DNA of 64,000 nt. Source: Patescibacteria group bacterium. GTDB taxonomy: Bacteria > Patescibacteriota > Minisyncoccia > Phycocordibacterales > UBA9973. A model generated the notes under the pieces. The model did not search any database and had not been told where the DNA came from. It saw only the letters and a program-made list of their open reading frames with translations. Made by a program: the position numbers and the translations under genes. Below, one piece after another: positions 1 to 9,316 of this stretch (position 1 is its first letter; every line of letters begins with the position of its first letter). The stretch covers positions 53,480-117,479 of the forward strand of contig JAGWUB010000001.1 of assembly GCA_028868715.1 (NCBI GenBank), given 5' to 3'.

Positions 1-604
1 GTAAAATAGCGTGGACGATCAGGGAGTCGACTATTTTTACCACTGGTAAATCTTCGGCCATTTTTTGTAACTCGGCTTCGGATTTTTCATCTGATTTCCC
101 TCCAGCCTTACTGATAGAATCTGATATATTAGAAGATTCTTTTTGAATAATATTTTGAAATTCGGCCTGGAGAGTTTTTCTATACTGTACCAACACAGAT
201 CGAATCGAAGCGGCGTCAGTAAGCCTAGGTAAAATTTTTAACCCAGAACGTTTCTTTATAAAATCAATCACTGGCAGGTCATCGACATCCAGCATGGCCA
301 CTTCTAAGCCCTCCGCAGTTTTTTTATAAGCAACTATATTATAATTACGAGCAATTGGTTCAGGGATGAGAGAGAGCACAGCAAAATCAATCTTCTCTTT
401 AACCAAATTTATAAATGGTATTCCTAAAACAAAAGCTTCAGTTTGTTTTAAATCAGTTTCGGATATTTTTCCTTCAGAAAGTAAAAAGTTCCCGAGTTTT
501 TGTTTTTTGGTTTCAGCTTTTTTTACCGCCGCATCGAAATCCTCGCGGGTGATAAGACCTGATTTTAAAATAAATTTTTTAAATTGTTCTTCGTCAATTT
601 GCAT
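1..604 (-). CDS. Type IV pilus / type II secretion assembly ATPase, N-terminal part (PilB/GspE family). The gene runs off the window, so the 3' end is missing.
   Basis: The reverse strand reads MQIDEEQFKKFILKSGLITREDFDAAV...LLSEGKISETDL...LPVVKIVDSLIVHAIL. That is the GspE_N/T2SSE_N architecture followed by the start of the ATPase N2 domain (PVVKLVN-like). It is absent from the ORF track because no stop codon falls inside the window. Confidence 0.6.
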   Translation of the reverse strand, partial: MQIDEEQFKKFILKSGLITREDFDAAVKKAETKKQKLGNFLLSEGKISETDLKQTEAFVLGIPFINLVKEKIDFAVLSLIPEPIARNYNIVAYKKTAEGLEVAMLDVDDLPVIDFIKKRSGLKILPRLTDAASIRSVLVQYRKTLQAEFQNIIQKESSNISDSISKAGGKSDEKSEAELQKMAEDLPVVKIVDSLIVHAIL

Positions 605-611
605 CACTTAC

Positions 612-648
612 ATTATACCAAAAAAATCCCCGCATAGGGGATTTTTTT
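612..648 (-). terminator. Rho-independent terminator for the 659..2014 gene (stem 626-642, U-run from the A-run at 620-625). A TATAAT -10 at 612-617 (minus) sits just upstream of the pilB start.
   Basis: atccccgcataggggat is flanked by an A-run and a T-run. ggtataatg lies immediately before the minus-strand ATG at 604. Confidence 0.55.
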
Positions 649-658
649 GGTAGCTTAT

Positions 659-2014
659 CTAGTTTTCCTTGTATATCGGTTTTTTCTTTATTTCTGAGCA
701 GGAGGCAGAGGTTGCTCCTTGAGTACATGTCCAGGTGAAAGTAGAAATACCACTATGGATTGCGCCAGGATCACCGACCGAGCAAGAATAATGTATAGCT
801 GGATTTGAACACTTTGCAACGCCACAATTATTTGGTGGTACTACTTGGCCTTCCGTATGATCATTGTTGCAAGTGCCGACGGTAGGCATACAGTGCCACA
901 CAAATGGGTCGTCGCAAGTGCCAGAGCCAGTCTGGGCCCAAAAACTACCTGAACCGTCCGAACACGTAACTGAAGCAGAGGCTAGCTGTAAATTATTATG
1001 ATAAAGATAAAAAGTAGTAAGTCCAGATATAATTGGAACACTGGTGGGGATAGGGTTAGATGAAAGATAAGAGACGTGAACATTGTCAGGATTGTTGTGG
1101 GTCACTTCTGTCGTACCACCAGAAACAAGATTAGAGGTAGTCCAAGAAATTAAGGTTTGGAAAGGATTAGTAGTGGTGTCGCAATTGCCGACACTGATGG
1201 TCCCTGTTGGCATGGGGCCTGTGCTACAAATAGTGCCATTGAAAATAGTTCCTGTCTCACAAGTAGCTGTAGGGTTTTTTTCAGTAAGTTTTGTATCGTT
1301 ATTATAAAGGAAAAAATATCTATCACTACCATAAGTAATCGGGTAAGTGGCTGAACCAAAATTTCCAGTGCCGACGGTAACATTTGTCGGGGTTGTGACT
1401 TCAGAGGTGCCGACTGGATTTGTCGTGGTCCAGTTTAAATTAGTATTACAAGTGCTAGCTCCGGACGGGATTATACAGTCAGTGGCAGTAAGGGTGCCAG
1501 ACATATTAGAAACACCGGTGATAGTAAAATTTCCAGACTTAGTATCGGCGGGAAGTCCACCATGGGTATTAAGGGTGGTGTCGTTATATACACTTGCTCT
1601 TATCGTATAGGTTCCTGCTGGCCAAGAACTGACGTTCACGTTATCTGTTGCAGTGTAGGGGCCTTCCCAGCAAGCTAGCGGATTGTTACAAAATGGTGAG
1701 TGCCAAGTTTGAAAATACATTTGGGCGCCAGTGCTATTGTTGGTAATGGTATAGTCCACTCTGGTTGCAGTATCTTGATAACCAAAGCCAGCAGTTCCTT
1801 CACAGGAATAACTCAATGTTCCAGAAATTGTTATGCCGATAGTTACTGGGCTATTGTATGTTCCAGTAGGTTGATCAATGGAATTTATAGTAGGGTCAAT
1901 CTGTGGATCGCTAGATGGATCACAGGAAGCAAAAGCTACATTTGCTTTAAAAAAGACTCCAGATGCAACCATTAAGCTCACTAAAACCAAGAGGCTAAAA
2001 AATTTAAATTTCAT
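659..2014 (-). CDS. Secreted Thr/Gly/Ser/Cys-rich repeat protein, paralog A; function unknown, possibly a surface or pilus-associated adhesin.
   Basis: N-terminal signal peptide MKFKFFSLLVLVSLMVASG...AFA. The body is low-complexity T/G/S-rich with conserved Cys. It has an internal TLTATDCIIPSGASTCNTNLNWTTTNPV repeat shared with 2104..3528. Both proteins end in HY(S/N)C(S/T)V...TW(T/S)C...ASC(S/T)E(I/L)KKKP...EN. Confidence 0.55.
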   Translation of the reverse strand: MKFKFFSLLVLVSLMVASGVFFKANVAFASCDPSSDPQIDPTINSIDQPTGTYNSPVTIGITISGTLSYSCEGTAGFGYQDTATRVDYTITNNSTGAQMYFQTWHSPFCNNPLACWEGPYTATDNVNVSSWPAGTYTIRASVYNDTTLNTHGGLPADTKSGNFTITGVSNMSGTLTATDCIIPSGASTCNTNLNWTTTNPVGTSEVTTPTNVTVGTGNFGSATYPITYGSDRYFFLYNNDTKLTEKNPTATCETGTIFNGTICSTGPMPTGTISVGNCDTTTNPFQTLISWTTSNLVSGGTTEVTHNNPDNVHVSYLSSNPIPTSVPIISGLTTFYLYHNNLQLASASVTCSDGSGSFWAQTGSGTCDDPFVWHCMPTVGTCNNDHTEGQVVPPNNCGVAKCSNPAIHYSCSVGDPGAIHSGISTFTWTCTQGATSASCSEIKKKPIYKEN

Positions 2015-2103
2015 AATATTGTTATATTATATACAATCTAATAATGTTTAATTCTATACTTAATTATACTAGAGTGGGTTTTAAATAACAATAAAATATA
2101 TAG

Positions 2104-3528
2104 CTAGTTCTCAATAAACGCAGGTTTTTTCTTTAATTCTGTACAGGATGCGGTAGTGCCACCATTACTACCAGGGCAAGACCATGTCCAGCTAGAAATA
2201 TTGGATACACCACCAGTGCCTACACCTGCTGGAACAGTACAATTGTAATGAGTGGTTGCGCAGACGCCGTTTGTTGCCGCTGCACAGGATTGAGAAGCTC
2301 CCCCACCGTCATAATTAGGGTTAGTTGGGTCTGTGCAAAGAAGTCCCGTACCTGATGGTGAAGGATTGGTGCAAGTACGAGTTTGTAGACCACCTGCACA
2401 AGCGCTCCAAGCACTCCAACCTCCGTTTATGTTAGGGGTGCACACACCACCGAGCCAAGACGTCCCCGCAGCACAAGTTCCCGTTGGGGCAACTTGAGTA
2501 AGTAGCACAGCGTTGTTGTATAGATAAAAGATTATGCCACTTCCGTTAGTAATAGAGTAAGTTGAGGAACCTGAATTTCCTGACCCTGCGGTAATATTGG
2601 TCGGAGTTGTGACAGATGAAGTGGCTACTGGATTTGTCGTGGTCCAATTTAAGGTACTACTACAAGTACTACCTCCTGAAAGAATGGTGCAATTAGAGGC
2701 AGTGAGGGTGCCGGTCATCCCTGGAGCACATGTGGAACCATTCCAAACAGTCCCTGCGGCGCAAGTTCCCGTGGGGGCAGCTTGAGCAAGTAACACAGCG
2801 TTGTTGTATAGATAATAGATTCTTCCATTGCCATTAGTGACCAAAAAAGAAGTAGCTGTACCTGAATTTCCTGACCCTGCGGTAATACTCTTAGGAGTTG
2901 TTACCGCTGAAGTAGCTACTGGATTTGTTGTGGTCCAGTTTAAAGTAGTAGTACAAAAGGAAGCCCCTGAGGCAATGGTACAATTAGAGGCAGTAAGTGT
3001 GCCGGACATGGGACCTGTAACTGAAAAGGTTCCTGAAGCACTGATTGTAAATCCCGTCGAAGGATCCCAAGCATAAACTGTTACCGTGTGTACACCACTT
3101 GAAAGTCCAGTAGTGTTAACTAAAAAACTATAAGAATAAGTATATGGTTGATAAATAGAACTACCACCAGGCGGTAAGCAATCAGCTGGTTGATTTATGC
3201 CACCCTGAGTTATGGTCATACTAAAACCATTCATTACTCCAGAATCTATTTGATATTGAGGGGTGTCTAAGGTATGCGCAGTTGCCGGTAGTGCTGGGAT
3301 ACCTGGATCGCAACCAGCTACGGGAAATTCGTCTTGAGTGGACCCTCCCTGTCCCGAGCCAGAAACAGTAGTAGAGGTTGTAACATTACTAGATGGAACT
3401 ATTGAATCAACACTAAGAGCAGCAACCGAACTAGTCACAAATGCCTGGGCATTGTTATGGAATGGAACTAAGAAAAAAATAGCAATAAAGACAGAGAGTG
3501 TTATGGATGATAAGTGTTTGAATTTCAT
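2104..3528 (-). CDS. Secreted Thr/Gly/Ser/Cys-rich repeat protein, paralog B, containing two ~90-aa tandem internal repeats.
   Basis: Signal peptide MKFKHLSSITLSVFIAIFFLVPFHNNAQA. The unit TGTLTASNCTI(A/L)SG(A/G)S(F/T)C(T/S)(T/S)TLNWTTTNPVATS...YYLYNNAVLL(A/T)Q(A/V)APTGTCAAGT occurs twice. The C-terminal module is shared with 659..2014. Confidence 0.55.
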   Translation of the reverse strand: MKFKHLSSITLSVFIAIFFLVPFHNNAQAFVTSSVAALSVDSIVPSSNVTTSTTVSGSGQGGSTQDEFPVAGCDPGIPALPATAHTLDTPQYQIDSGVMNGFSMTITQGGINQPADCLPPGGSSIYQPYTYSYSFLVNTTGLSSGVHTVTVYAWDPSTGFTISASGTFSVTGPMSGTLTASNCTIASGASFCTTTLNWTTTNPVATSAVTTPKSITAGSGNSGTATSFLVTNGNGRIYYLYNNAVLLAQAAPTGTCAAGTVWNGSTCAPGMTGTLTASNCTILSGGSTCSSTLNWTTTNPVATSSVTTPTNITAGSGNSGSSTYSITNGSGIIFYLYNNAVLLTQVAPTGTCAAGTSWLGGVCTPNINGGWSAWSACAGGLQTRTCTNPSPSGTGLLCTDPTNPNYDGGGASQSCAAATNGVCATTHYNCTVPAGVGTGGVSNISSWTWSCPGSNGGTTASCTELKKKPAFIEN

Positions 3529-3688
3529 AATAATTATATAGTTATGCTTAAAATTTCATAAAGTTAGTTTATATGTTAGTAATTATACTAGATATAATAG
3601 AAACCAAACTAGGTAATGTGGATAACTATAAATAGTGAACGTCAGTATTGCATTAAAATAATACCCGTGATATACTACTTTAGTAATG

Positions 3689-3716
3689 AGTCCTGTCGAA
3701 ACAGGGCTTTTTTATT
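3689..3716 (+). terminator. Intrinsic-terminator-like hairpin in the nusA leader (gtcctgtcgaaacagggc followed by a T-run); possible attenuator.
   Basis: A perfect 7-bp stem is followed by tttttta on the plus strand, about 25 nt before the nusA ATG. The only upstream gene is on the opposite strand and points away. Confidence 0.4.
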
Positions 3717-3739
3717 TAAAAACTTAATAAAATAACAAT

Positions 3740-4912
3740 ATGTTAGACTTAAAAACATTCAAATCAGCTCTGGAACAGCTGGAAGAAGACCGCAAGATTC
3801 CAAAAGAAAAGATATTAGACGCCATAGAACAAGCCATGGCTGCTGCTTACAAGAAAGATTACGGCAAAAAAGGACAAATCATCCGCGCCAAATTTGATCT
3901 TGATACTGGTAAGACAAATTTCTTTCAAGTAAAAATAGTAGTTGACGAAACTATTGCAAATATAGATCAAGAAAGTGCCAGCGAAGGTGCACATAAAAAG
4001 CACAAAGAAGAATATTCTCTAAAAGATGGTGATGAGCGAGTGCATTTCAATGCTGAGCATCACATCATGCTGGAAGATGCGAAAAAAATTAAAAAGGGGG
4101 TGGAATTAAATGATGAAATCATTTTTCCATTAGAAGCCCGAGATGACTATGGCCGAATTGCCGCCCAGACAGCCAAGCAAGTAATCATTCAAAAAATTCG
4201 TGAAGCCGAACGAGTTTCTATTATCGATGAATATGGCACCAAAGAAGGAGAAATAATCTCTGGAATAGTCCAAAAAGTGGAAAGAGGAAATATTTATATT
4301 GATTTCAACCGCGCTACTGGAATATTGCCAGCCGAGGAACAAATTCCTGGGGAATTTTGGGAGAGAGGCCGACGTGTGCGCGCCTACTTATATTCTGTAG
4401 AAGACACTCAAAGAGGAATCAATTTACGTCTGTCTCGTACTCATCCAAAATTTATTGAAAAGCTTTTTGCGATGGAGGCGCCAGAAATCCAAAATGGAAT
4501 TGTAGAAATAAAATCAATCGCCAGAGAAGCAGGCGCGCGTTCTAAGATTGCGGTACATTCAAACGATGAACATATCGATGCTGTCGGCTCATGCGTCGGC
4601 CAAAAAGGCACCCGTGTAAATACAATCACTCAAGAATTGGGCGGAGAAAAAATAGATATTATTCCTTGGTCTGCTGATCCGAAAATTTTTGTGACGAATT
4701 CTATCTCTCCAGCAAAAGTTATCTCTATTGAAATAGACGAAAAGGAACACAAGGCTATTGTAGAAGTAGCGGATGACCAACTATCACTGGCTATCGGCAA
4801 AGGCGGACAAAATGTACGCTTGGCTGCCAAGCTCACTGGCTGGAGGATAGACATCAAGGGCGACGGTAAGATGGTAACTTCAGATGAAGTAGTTGAAAAA
4901 ATGGAAGAATAG
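3740..4912 (+). CDS. nusA: Transcription termination/antitermination factor NusA.
   Basis: S1 domain plus two KH domains (GQKGTRVNTITQELGGEKIDII; LAIGKGGQNVRLAAKLTGWRIDI). Length is 390 aa. Confidence 0.9.
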   Translation: MLDLKTFKSALEQLEEDRKIPKEKILDAIEQAMAAAYKKDYGKKGQIIRAKFDLDTGKTNFFQVKIVVDETIANIDQESASEGAHKKHKEEYSLKDGDERVHFNAEHHIMLEDAKKIKKGVELNDEIIFPLEARDDYGRIAAQTAKQVIIQKIREAERVSIIDEYGTKEGEIISGIVQKVERGNIYIDFNRATGILPAEEQIPGEFWERGRRVRAYLYSVEDTQRGINLRLSRTHPKFIEKLFAMEAPEIQNGIVEIKSIAREAGARSKIAVHSNDEHIDAVGSCVGQKGTRVNTITQELGGEKIDIIPWSADPKIFVTNSISPAKVISIEIDEKEHKAIVEVADDQLSLAIGKGGQNVRLAAKLTGWRIDIKGDGKMVTSDEVVEKMEE

Positions 4913-4927
4913 AATTATACTAGCGGT

Positions 4928-5512
4928 ATGGCAAATATAAATCAAAAACCTTCAAAATACATGCTAAATTTATTGCATGTACTTCCAGCATTTGTGGAAG
5001 AAAAACCAGATGTGCTCAATGTCATTGTCGAAAACAATGCCGGCTCACTCAATAAATACGAGATCATAACCGAGTCAGGTCAACTAAAGCTCGACCGGGT
5101 TGGATATTCTCCAATGGTTTATCCATTTGCCTACGGAGCGATCCCACAAACTTGGGATTTTGACAACGATCCGCTCGACATCGTGATCGCAAATGTTACC
5201 GAGCAATTTGTCCCAGGATCTTTGGTAGAAGTTAGAATAATTGGAATGATGAAGTTTGAAGATGATGGTGAAGTAGATGATAAGATAATCGGTGTGGTAA
5301 ATGATGACAAGAGAAACAACCACATAAAAACCATAGATGACTTAGGAGAATATTTTAAAATTGAAACAAAATATTTTTGGGAGAAATACAAAGAATTGAA
5401 AAAGGCCGGCACTGGCATCACCAAAGGATTCTTTGACCAAGCCGAAGCCATCAAGATAGTGCAGGAATGTGAACAAAGATACAAAGATATATACTTGAAA
5501 AAATTTGAATAG
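4928..5512 (+). CDS. ppa: Inorganic pyrophosphatase, family I.
   Basis: DNDPLDIVI and PQTWDFD motifs match family I PPase. Length is 194 aa. Confidence 0.8.
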   Translation: MANINQKPSKYMLNLLHVLPAFVEEKPDVLNVIVENNAGSLNKYEIITESGQLKLDRVGYSPMVYPFAYGAIPQTWDFDNDPLDIVIANVTEQFVPGSLVEVRIIGMMKFEDDGEVDDKIIGVVNDDKRNNHIKTIDDLGEYFKIETKYFWEKYKELKKAGTGITKGFFDQAEAIKIVQECEQRYKDIYLKKFE

Positions 5513-5537
5513 CTAAATTTAATAAATAATAAAAAGT

Positions 5538-5651
5538 ATGGAACAAGAACAAGAACCAATAGAATACAAATCTAACGGGGCGCTTGTCGGTCTGGTAATT
5601 ATCGTTATCATTCTCGTAATCGGATTGATCTATCTCATACTAAAAAAATAA
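5538..5651 (+). CDS. Small hydrophobic peptide of 37 aa with a single TM helix, hypothetical.
   Basis: ATG at 5538, sequence MEQEQEPIEYKSNGALVGLVIIVIILVIGLIYLILKK, stop at 5649-5651. It lies in the ppa-tig gap and there is no homology evidence. Confidence 0.2.
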   Translation: MEQEQEPIEYKSNGALVGLVIIVIILVIGLIYLILKK

Positions 5652-5658
5652 AATAAAT

Positions 5659-6708
5659 ATGAAAGTAACCGTAAAAAAACTACCAAAAAGCGAGATAGAA
5701 ATCGATGGAGAATTAGACGCTGAACAATTTGAAACTTATTTCAAACAGGCGCTAAAGCTACTAAGTGAAAACTTAAAATTAGATGGATTTAGAAAAGGTA
5801 AAATACCGGAGGCTGTTTTACTGCAAACTATTCCGGAAATGATGATATTAGAAAAGATGGCCGAGCTCGCCCTAAATGAGCATTACCCTAAAATTTTAGA
5901 AGATGAAAAAATTGATGCCATTAGTAGACCGGAAATTTCTATCACTAAATTGGCTCGCAAAAATCCACTAGAATTTAAGATCAAAACTGCTGTTTTGCCG
6001 GAGGTCAAACTTCCCGACTATAAAAATATAGCTAAAAAAATAATCGCGAATATTACTGAAGCTGAAAAAAATATTGTAGTGACAGATGAAGACTTGGAAA
6101 ATACAATAATGGATATCCGAAAATCTCGCGCACCTAAAATACATATGAAGGAAGGCGCCGACAAAACCTCAGGTGAAGAAATAAAGGAAGAATTACCAGA
6201 ATTTAATGACGAGTTTGTCAGAGCGCTTGGGCCATTTAAAGATGTAGCTGATTTTAAAGAAAAATTAAGTGTCAATATCAAGCTAGAGAAGGAAAATGCG
6301 CAGAAGGAAAAAACCAGATTAAATATTATTGAAAAAATAATTGAGGATAGCACTATTGAAGTGCCAGAAATTTTGATTGAAATTGAAATAGATAAAATCT
6401 TGCACCGCATGGAGTCTGACATCACTCAAATGGGTCTAAAGTTTGAAGACTACTTGAAGCATTTGAACAAAACAGTTGATGATTTAAAGAAAGAATTTAG
6501 AACTGATGGAGAGAAAAAAGCTAAGCTCGGACTTATTTTAAATGAGATTGCTAAAGCAGAAAAAATAGCTGTGGATGAAGAGCTACTCGCCAAAGAAGTC
6601 GCGCATATTCTGGAAATGTATAAAGATGCTGACCCAGAGCGAGCTAGAATGCATGCCGAAAATGTTCTCACTAACGAAAAAATCTTTCAATTTTTAGAGA
6701 GTCAGTAA
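5659..6708 (+). CDS. tig: Trigger factor, shortened form.
   Basis: The N-terminus MKVTVKKLPKSEIEIDGELDAEQFE...GFRKGKIP matches the ribosome-binding domain of trigger factor. It lies immediately upstream of clpP, in the conserved order. Confidence 0.8.
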   Translation: MKVTVKKLPKSEIEIDGELDAEQFETYFKQALKLLSENLKLDGFRKGKIPEAVLLQTIPEMMILEKMAELALNEHYPKILEDEKIDAISRPEISITKLARKNPLEFKIKTAVLPEVKLPDYKNIAKKIIANITEAEKNIVVTDEDLENTIMDIRKSRAPKIHMKEGADKTSGEEIKEELPEFNDEFVRALGPFKDVADFKEKLSVNIKLEKENAQKEKTRLNIIEKIIEDSTIEVPEILIEIEIDKILHRMESDITQMGLKFEDYLKHLNKTVDDLKKEFRTDGEKKAKLGLILNEIAKAEKIAVDEELLAKEVAHILEMYKDADPERARMHAENVLTNEKIFQFLESQ

Positions 6709-6745
6709 ATCTTGAAAAAACTCAAAAAAAGAGTATACTAGGGCT

Positions 6746-7351
6746 ATGTTAATCCCAACCGTAATTGAAAAAAGTCAGTTTGGAGAGCGCGCTTATGATA
6801 TTTACTCACGACTACTTCGTGAACGTATCATCTTTTTGAGTGGTCCGATAGACGACCACACGGCAAATATAGTCATTGCTCAGCTCCTATTCCTAGAATC
6901 TGAAGACTCCAAAAAGGATATCTATCTTTATGTAAATTCACCTGGTGGATCCGTAACCTCTACTTTAGCAGTAGTAGACACCATGAATCATGTACGTCCA
7001 GACATTGCTACTTTTTGTGTCGGCTTAGCAGCCTCTGGCGCAGCTATTATCCTATCCGCTGGTAAGAAAGGCAAAAGACATATCTTGCCAAATGCTGAAG
7101 TCATGATTCACCAACCTTTGGGTGGAGTAGAAGGCCAAGCTACAGACATAGCCATCACTGCAAAACATATACTAAAAACTAGAGATAATCTAAATAAAAT
7201 GCTTGCAAAAAATACTGGTAAATCTCTAGCCCAAATTGAAAAAGATGTAGAGCGAGATTTCTTCATGGATGCTGATGAAGCTAAAAAATATGGAATTATT
7301 GACGAAATCGTCACCAAATCCAAACTCCCAGAAAAAAAATCTAGTAATTAG
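6746..7351 (+). CDS. clpP: ATP-dependent Clp protease proteolytic subunit.
   Basis: [19 protein letters not shown]...[14 protein letters not shown]...MIHQP gives the Ser-His catalytic context typical of ClpP. Confidence 0.95.
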   Translation: MLIPTVIEKSQFGERAYDIYSRLLRERIIFLSGPIDDHTANIVIAQLLFLESEDSKKDIYLYVNSPGGSVTSTLAVVDTMNHVRPDIATFCVGLAASGAAIILSAGKKGKRHILPNAEVMIHQPLGGVEGQATDIAITAKHILKTRDNLNKMLAKNTGKSLAQIEKDVERDFFMDADEAKKYGIIDEIVTKSKLPEKKSSN

Positions 7352-7352
7352 T

Positions 7353-9242
7353 TTAAATTATTTTAATAGTTCCACCAGTGTTGCCGGCCATGATGTAGTC
7401 GGCAACTTTGTTTTCTACTAAGTCTTCAATGGCGCGCTTGATGGGGCGAGCACCAAACTCCGAATCAAATCCAGCGCTAGCCACCTTGTCGATGAGAGCA
7501 TCGGTGATTTCTAAAGTAATTTTTTTATCTTCATAAAGACGTTCGGCAAATTCAGCAAGCAATAATTTAGTTATCTCTCTGGCCTGCCCCGCATCAAGTG
7601 GTTTGAAAAGCACAACCGCATTAAATCTATTTAAAAATTCTGGAGCAAAGATGCTGTTTTTTATCAAACTATCAACTAAAGCTTTCTTTTCAATATTTGG
7701 ATTAGCAATAATGTCTGCGCTTCCTGCATTGGAAGTAGCGATAATCAAGGCATCTTTGAAGCTCGCCTCTCTCCCAGAGCTACGCGTCAAGCGGCCTTCA
7801 TCTAAGACTTGCAACAGCAGATTGCGAATAAGCACATTAGACTTTTCAAGCTCATCAAAAAATACCAGCGAAAGTGGAGCCTCTTCTATGGCGCTGGTTA
7901 GCCTCTCGGTAAAAGATTCAATAGAAGTAGCCAGTGAAAATTCACTCATATCAAATCGAATCATGGCATTTTTCCTTCCAAAATAACTTTCGGCCAAAAT
8001 CTTGGCAGTATAAGTCTTTCCCACTCCAGTCGGACCCAAGAATAGAAAACTGCCAGCAGGCTTGCTGTGGTCTGCAATCCCCGTACGCAAGCGGACCAAG
8101 GCTTCCGTCACATCTTTGACTGCTTCATCTTGTCCGACAATTTTCCCCCGCATTGAAGCTTCGAGCTCAAGTAGCACCTTCTTTTCATCGGCGCCGATAG
8201 CTCCTATCGGGATGTTGGTTTTATCAGATACCACTTGCCTGACATCATCTATGGTGATCACCTTTCCCAATGTTTTCAGTTCTTCCAAAACCAAGATGGA
8301 CTTCGCAGGCTGAGGTTGATTGCCGATCAGGCGGTCGGTGAGTCGCACAATTTCTAAAATGGCATCGTCGGCAATGGAAATATTGTTTATCCGAGCATTT
8401 TCCTTTAGGATAGATATCGTGTCCTCATCACTAGTTTCTGCTAAGTCTATTTTGGTAAACTTTGAGAGAAATTCTGGATGATTTTTTAATACTTGATCGT
8501 AATTTGAAAAATCGGTGGTTATAATAATTCCCAAGTGAGGCATCGCGAGATAAGGCAAAAGTCGTTCATAAATATCTTCATAGCGATGAATATTTTCAAT
8601 TATGAGAATGATATTTCCGGCGGCCGCAGCTTCGTTTAAACATTTATCAAAGTCTGGCAAGGAAAGTCCTTCAGTAAAAAGTTCTACTACTCGATGGTGA
8701 TGAATGCCGGAGAATGACAAGCCGGATTGCCCTAGCCGTCCTAGGTATGATATCAAGGTAGATTTACCGATTCCAGTGTCCCCCACTAAAAGCACGTTGT
8801 GATTGGAATCTTTCAAGAGTCCCCGTTCGATCATCCGAAGGGCTTTGTCTTTACCGTAAACTGTTTGCGGTGCTAGGCCGACGACATCCCGACTATGTTT
8901 ATTTAAGGTATAAGTTTCGCCATACGAAAGTGAGGCGCCAAAGCTGGGAAGTCTTTCTAAATAGTCTAGGTTAATTTTTATAGGAACGAGTAAAAAGATT
9001 GGAAAGGTCAAAATAGCTAAAAGGGTGAAAACTGAACCGATAATTATCAAAATAATACGAGCAACAAAGCCTATAATTCGTGACAAAAAGAAGAAAACTA
9101 TTTTTTCAAAAATAGTAAAATCGTTTCCTCTCCCAGTGTCCATTTTCCAGGGCAAAAAGAGAGTCTTTAGCAAGAGCGGAATAGAAAAAGCGTTATACGC
9201 ATAGGTCACAAGGTTCTTCCACGATTGTAGTCCTGGGTGCAT
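7353..9242 (-). CDS. Two-domain Clp/Hsp100-type AAA+ ATPase (ClpA/ClpC-like). Two N-terminal transmembrane helices replace the usual N-domain.
   Basis: First AAA domain has Walker A LLVGDTGIGKSTL. Second AAA domain has FLFLGPTGVGKTYTAKILAE...ARPIKRAIEDLV. The N-terminus carries hydrophobic stretches IIGFVARIILIIIGSVFTLLAILTFPIFLLV. Confidence 0.8.
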   Translation of the reverse strand: MHPGLQSWKNLVTYAYNAFSIPLLLKTLFLPWKMDTGRGNDFTIFEKIVFFFLSRIIGFVARIILIIIGSVFTLLAILTFPIFLLVPIKINLDYLERLPSFGASLSYGETYTLNKHSRDVVGLAPQTVYGKDKALRMIERGLLKDSNHNVLLVGDTGIGKSTLISYLGRLGQSGLSFSGIHHHRVVELFTEGLSLPDFDKCLNEAAAAGNIILIIENIHRYEDIYERLLPYLAMPHLGIIITTDFSNYDQVLKNHPEFLSKFTKIDLAETSDEDTISILKENARINNISIADDAILEIVRLTDRLIGNQPQPAKSILVLEELKTLGKVITIDDVRQVVSDKTNIPIGAIGADEKKVLLELEASMRGKIVGQDEAVKDVTEALVRLRTGIADHSKPAGSFLFLGPTGVGKTYTAKILAESYFGRKNAMIRFDMSEFSLATSIESFTERLTSAIEEAPLSLVFFDELEKSNVLIRNLLLQVLDEGRLTRSSGREASFKDALIIATSNAGSADIIANPNIEKKALVDSLIKNSIFAPEFLNRFNAVVLFKPLDAGQAREITKLLLAEFAERLYEDKKITLEITDALIDKVASAGFDSEFGARPIKRAIEDLVENKVADYIMAGNTGGTIKII

Positions 9243-9264
9243 GTGTTTATTCTAGCATAAATGG

Positions 9265-9316
9265 ATCCCGTTAGAGATAGAGGGTCGCTACGAGCCCTCG
9301 CGATCTCTAACGGGAT
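9265..9316. repeat. Hairpin element, copy 1. Arms ATCCCGTTAGAGAT and ATCTCTAACGGGAT flank an inner GC-rich near-palindrome.
   Basis: ggATCCCGTTAGAGATagagggtcgctacgagccctcgcgATCTCTAACGGGATgg, located 23 nt upstream of the Clp ATPase start. The same arms occur at 26946..27030. Confidence 0.6.

Noticed and set aside
366-653. 95-aa plus-strand ORF
   Set aside because: It lies antisense within the pilB/gspE N-terminal coding region and overlaps the terminator/promoter. It has no motif, so it is a spurious ORF.
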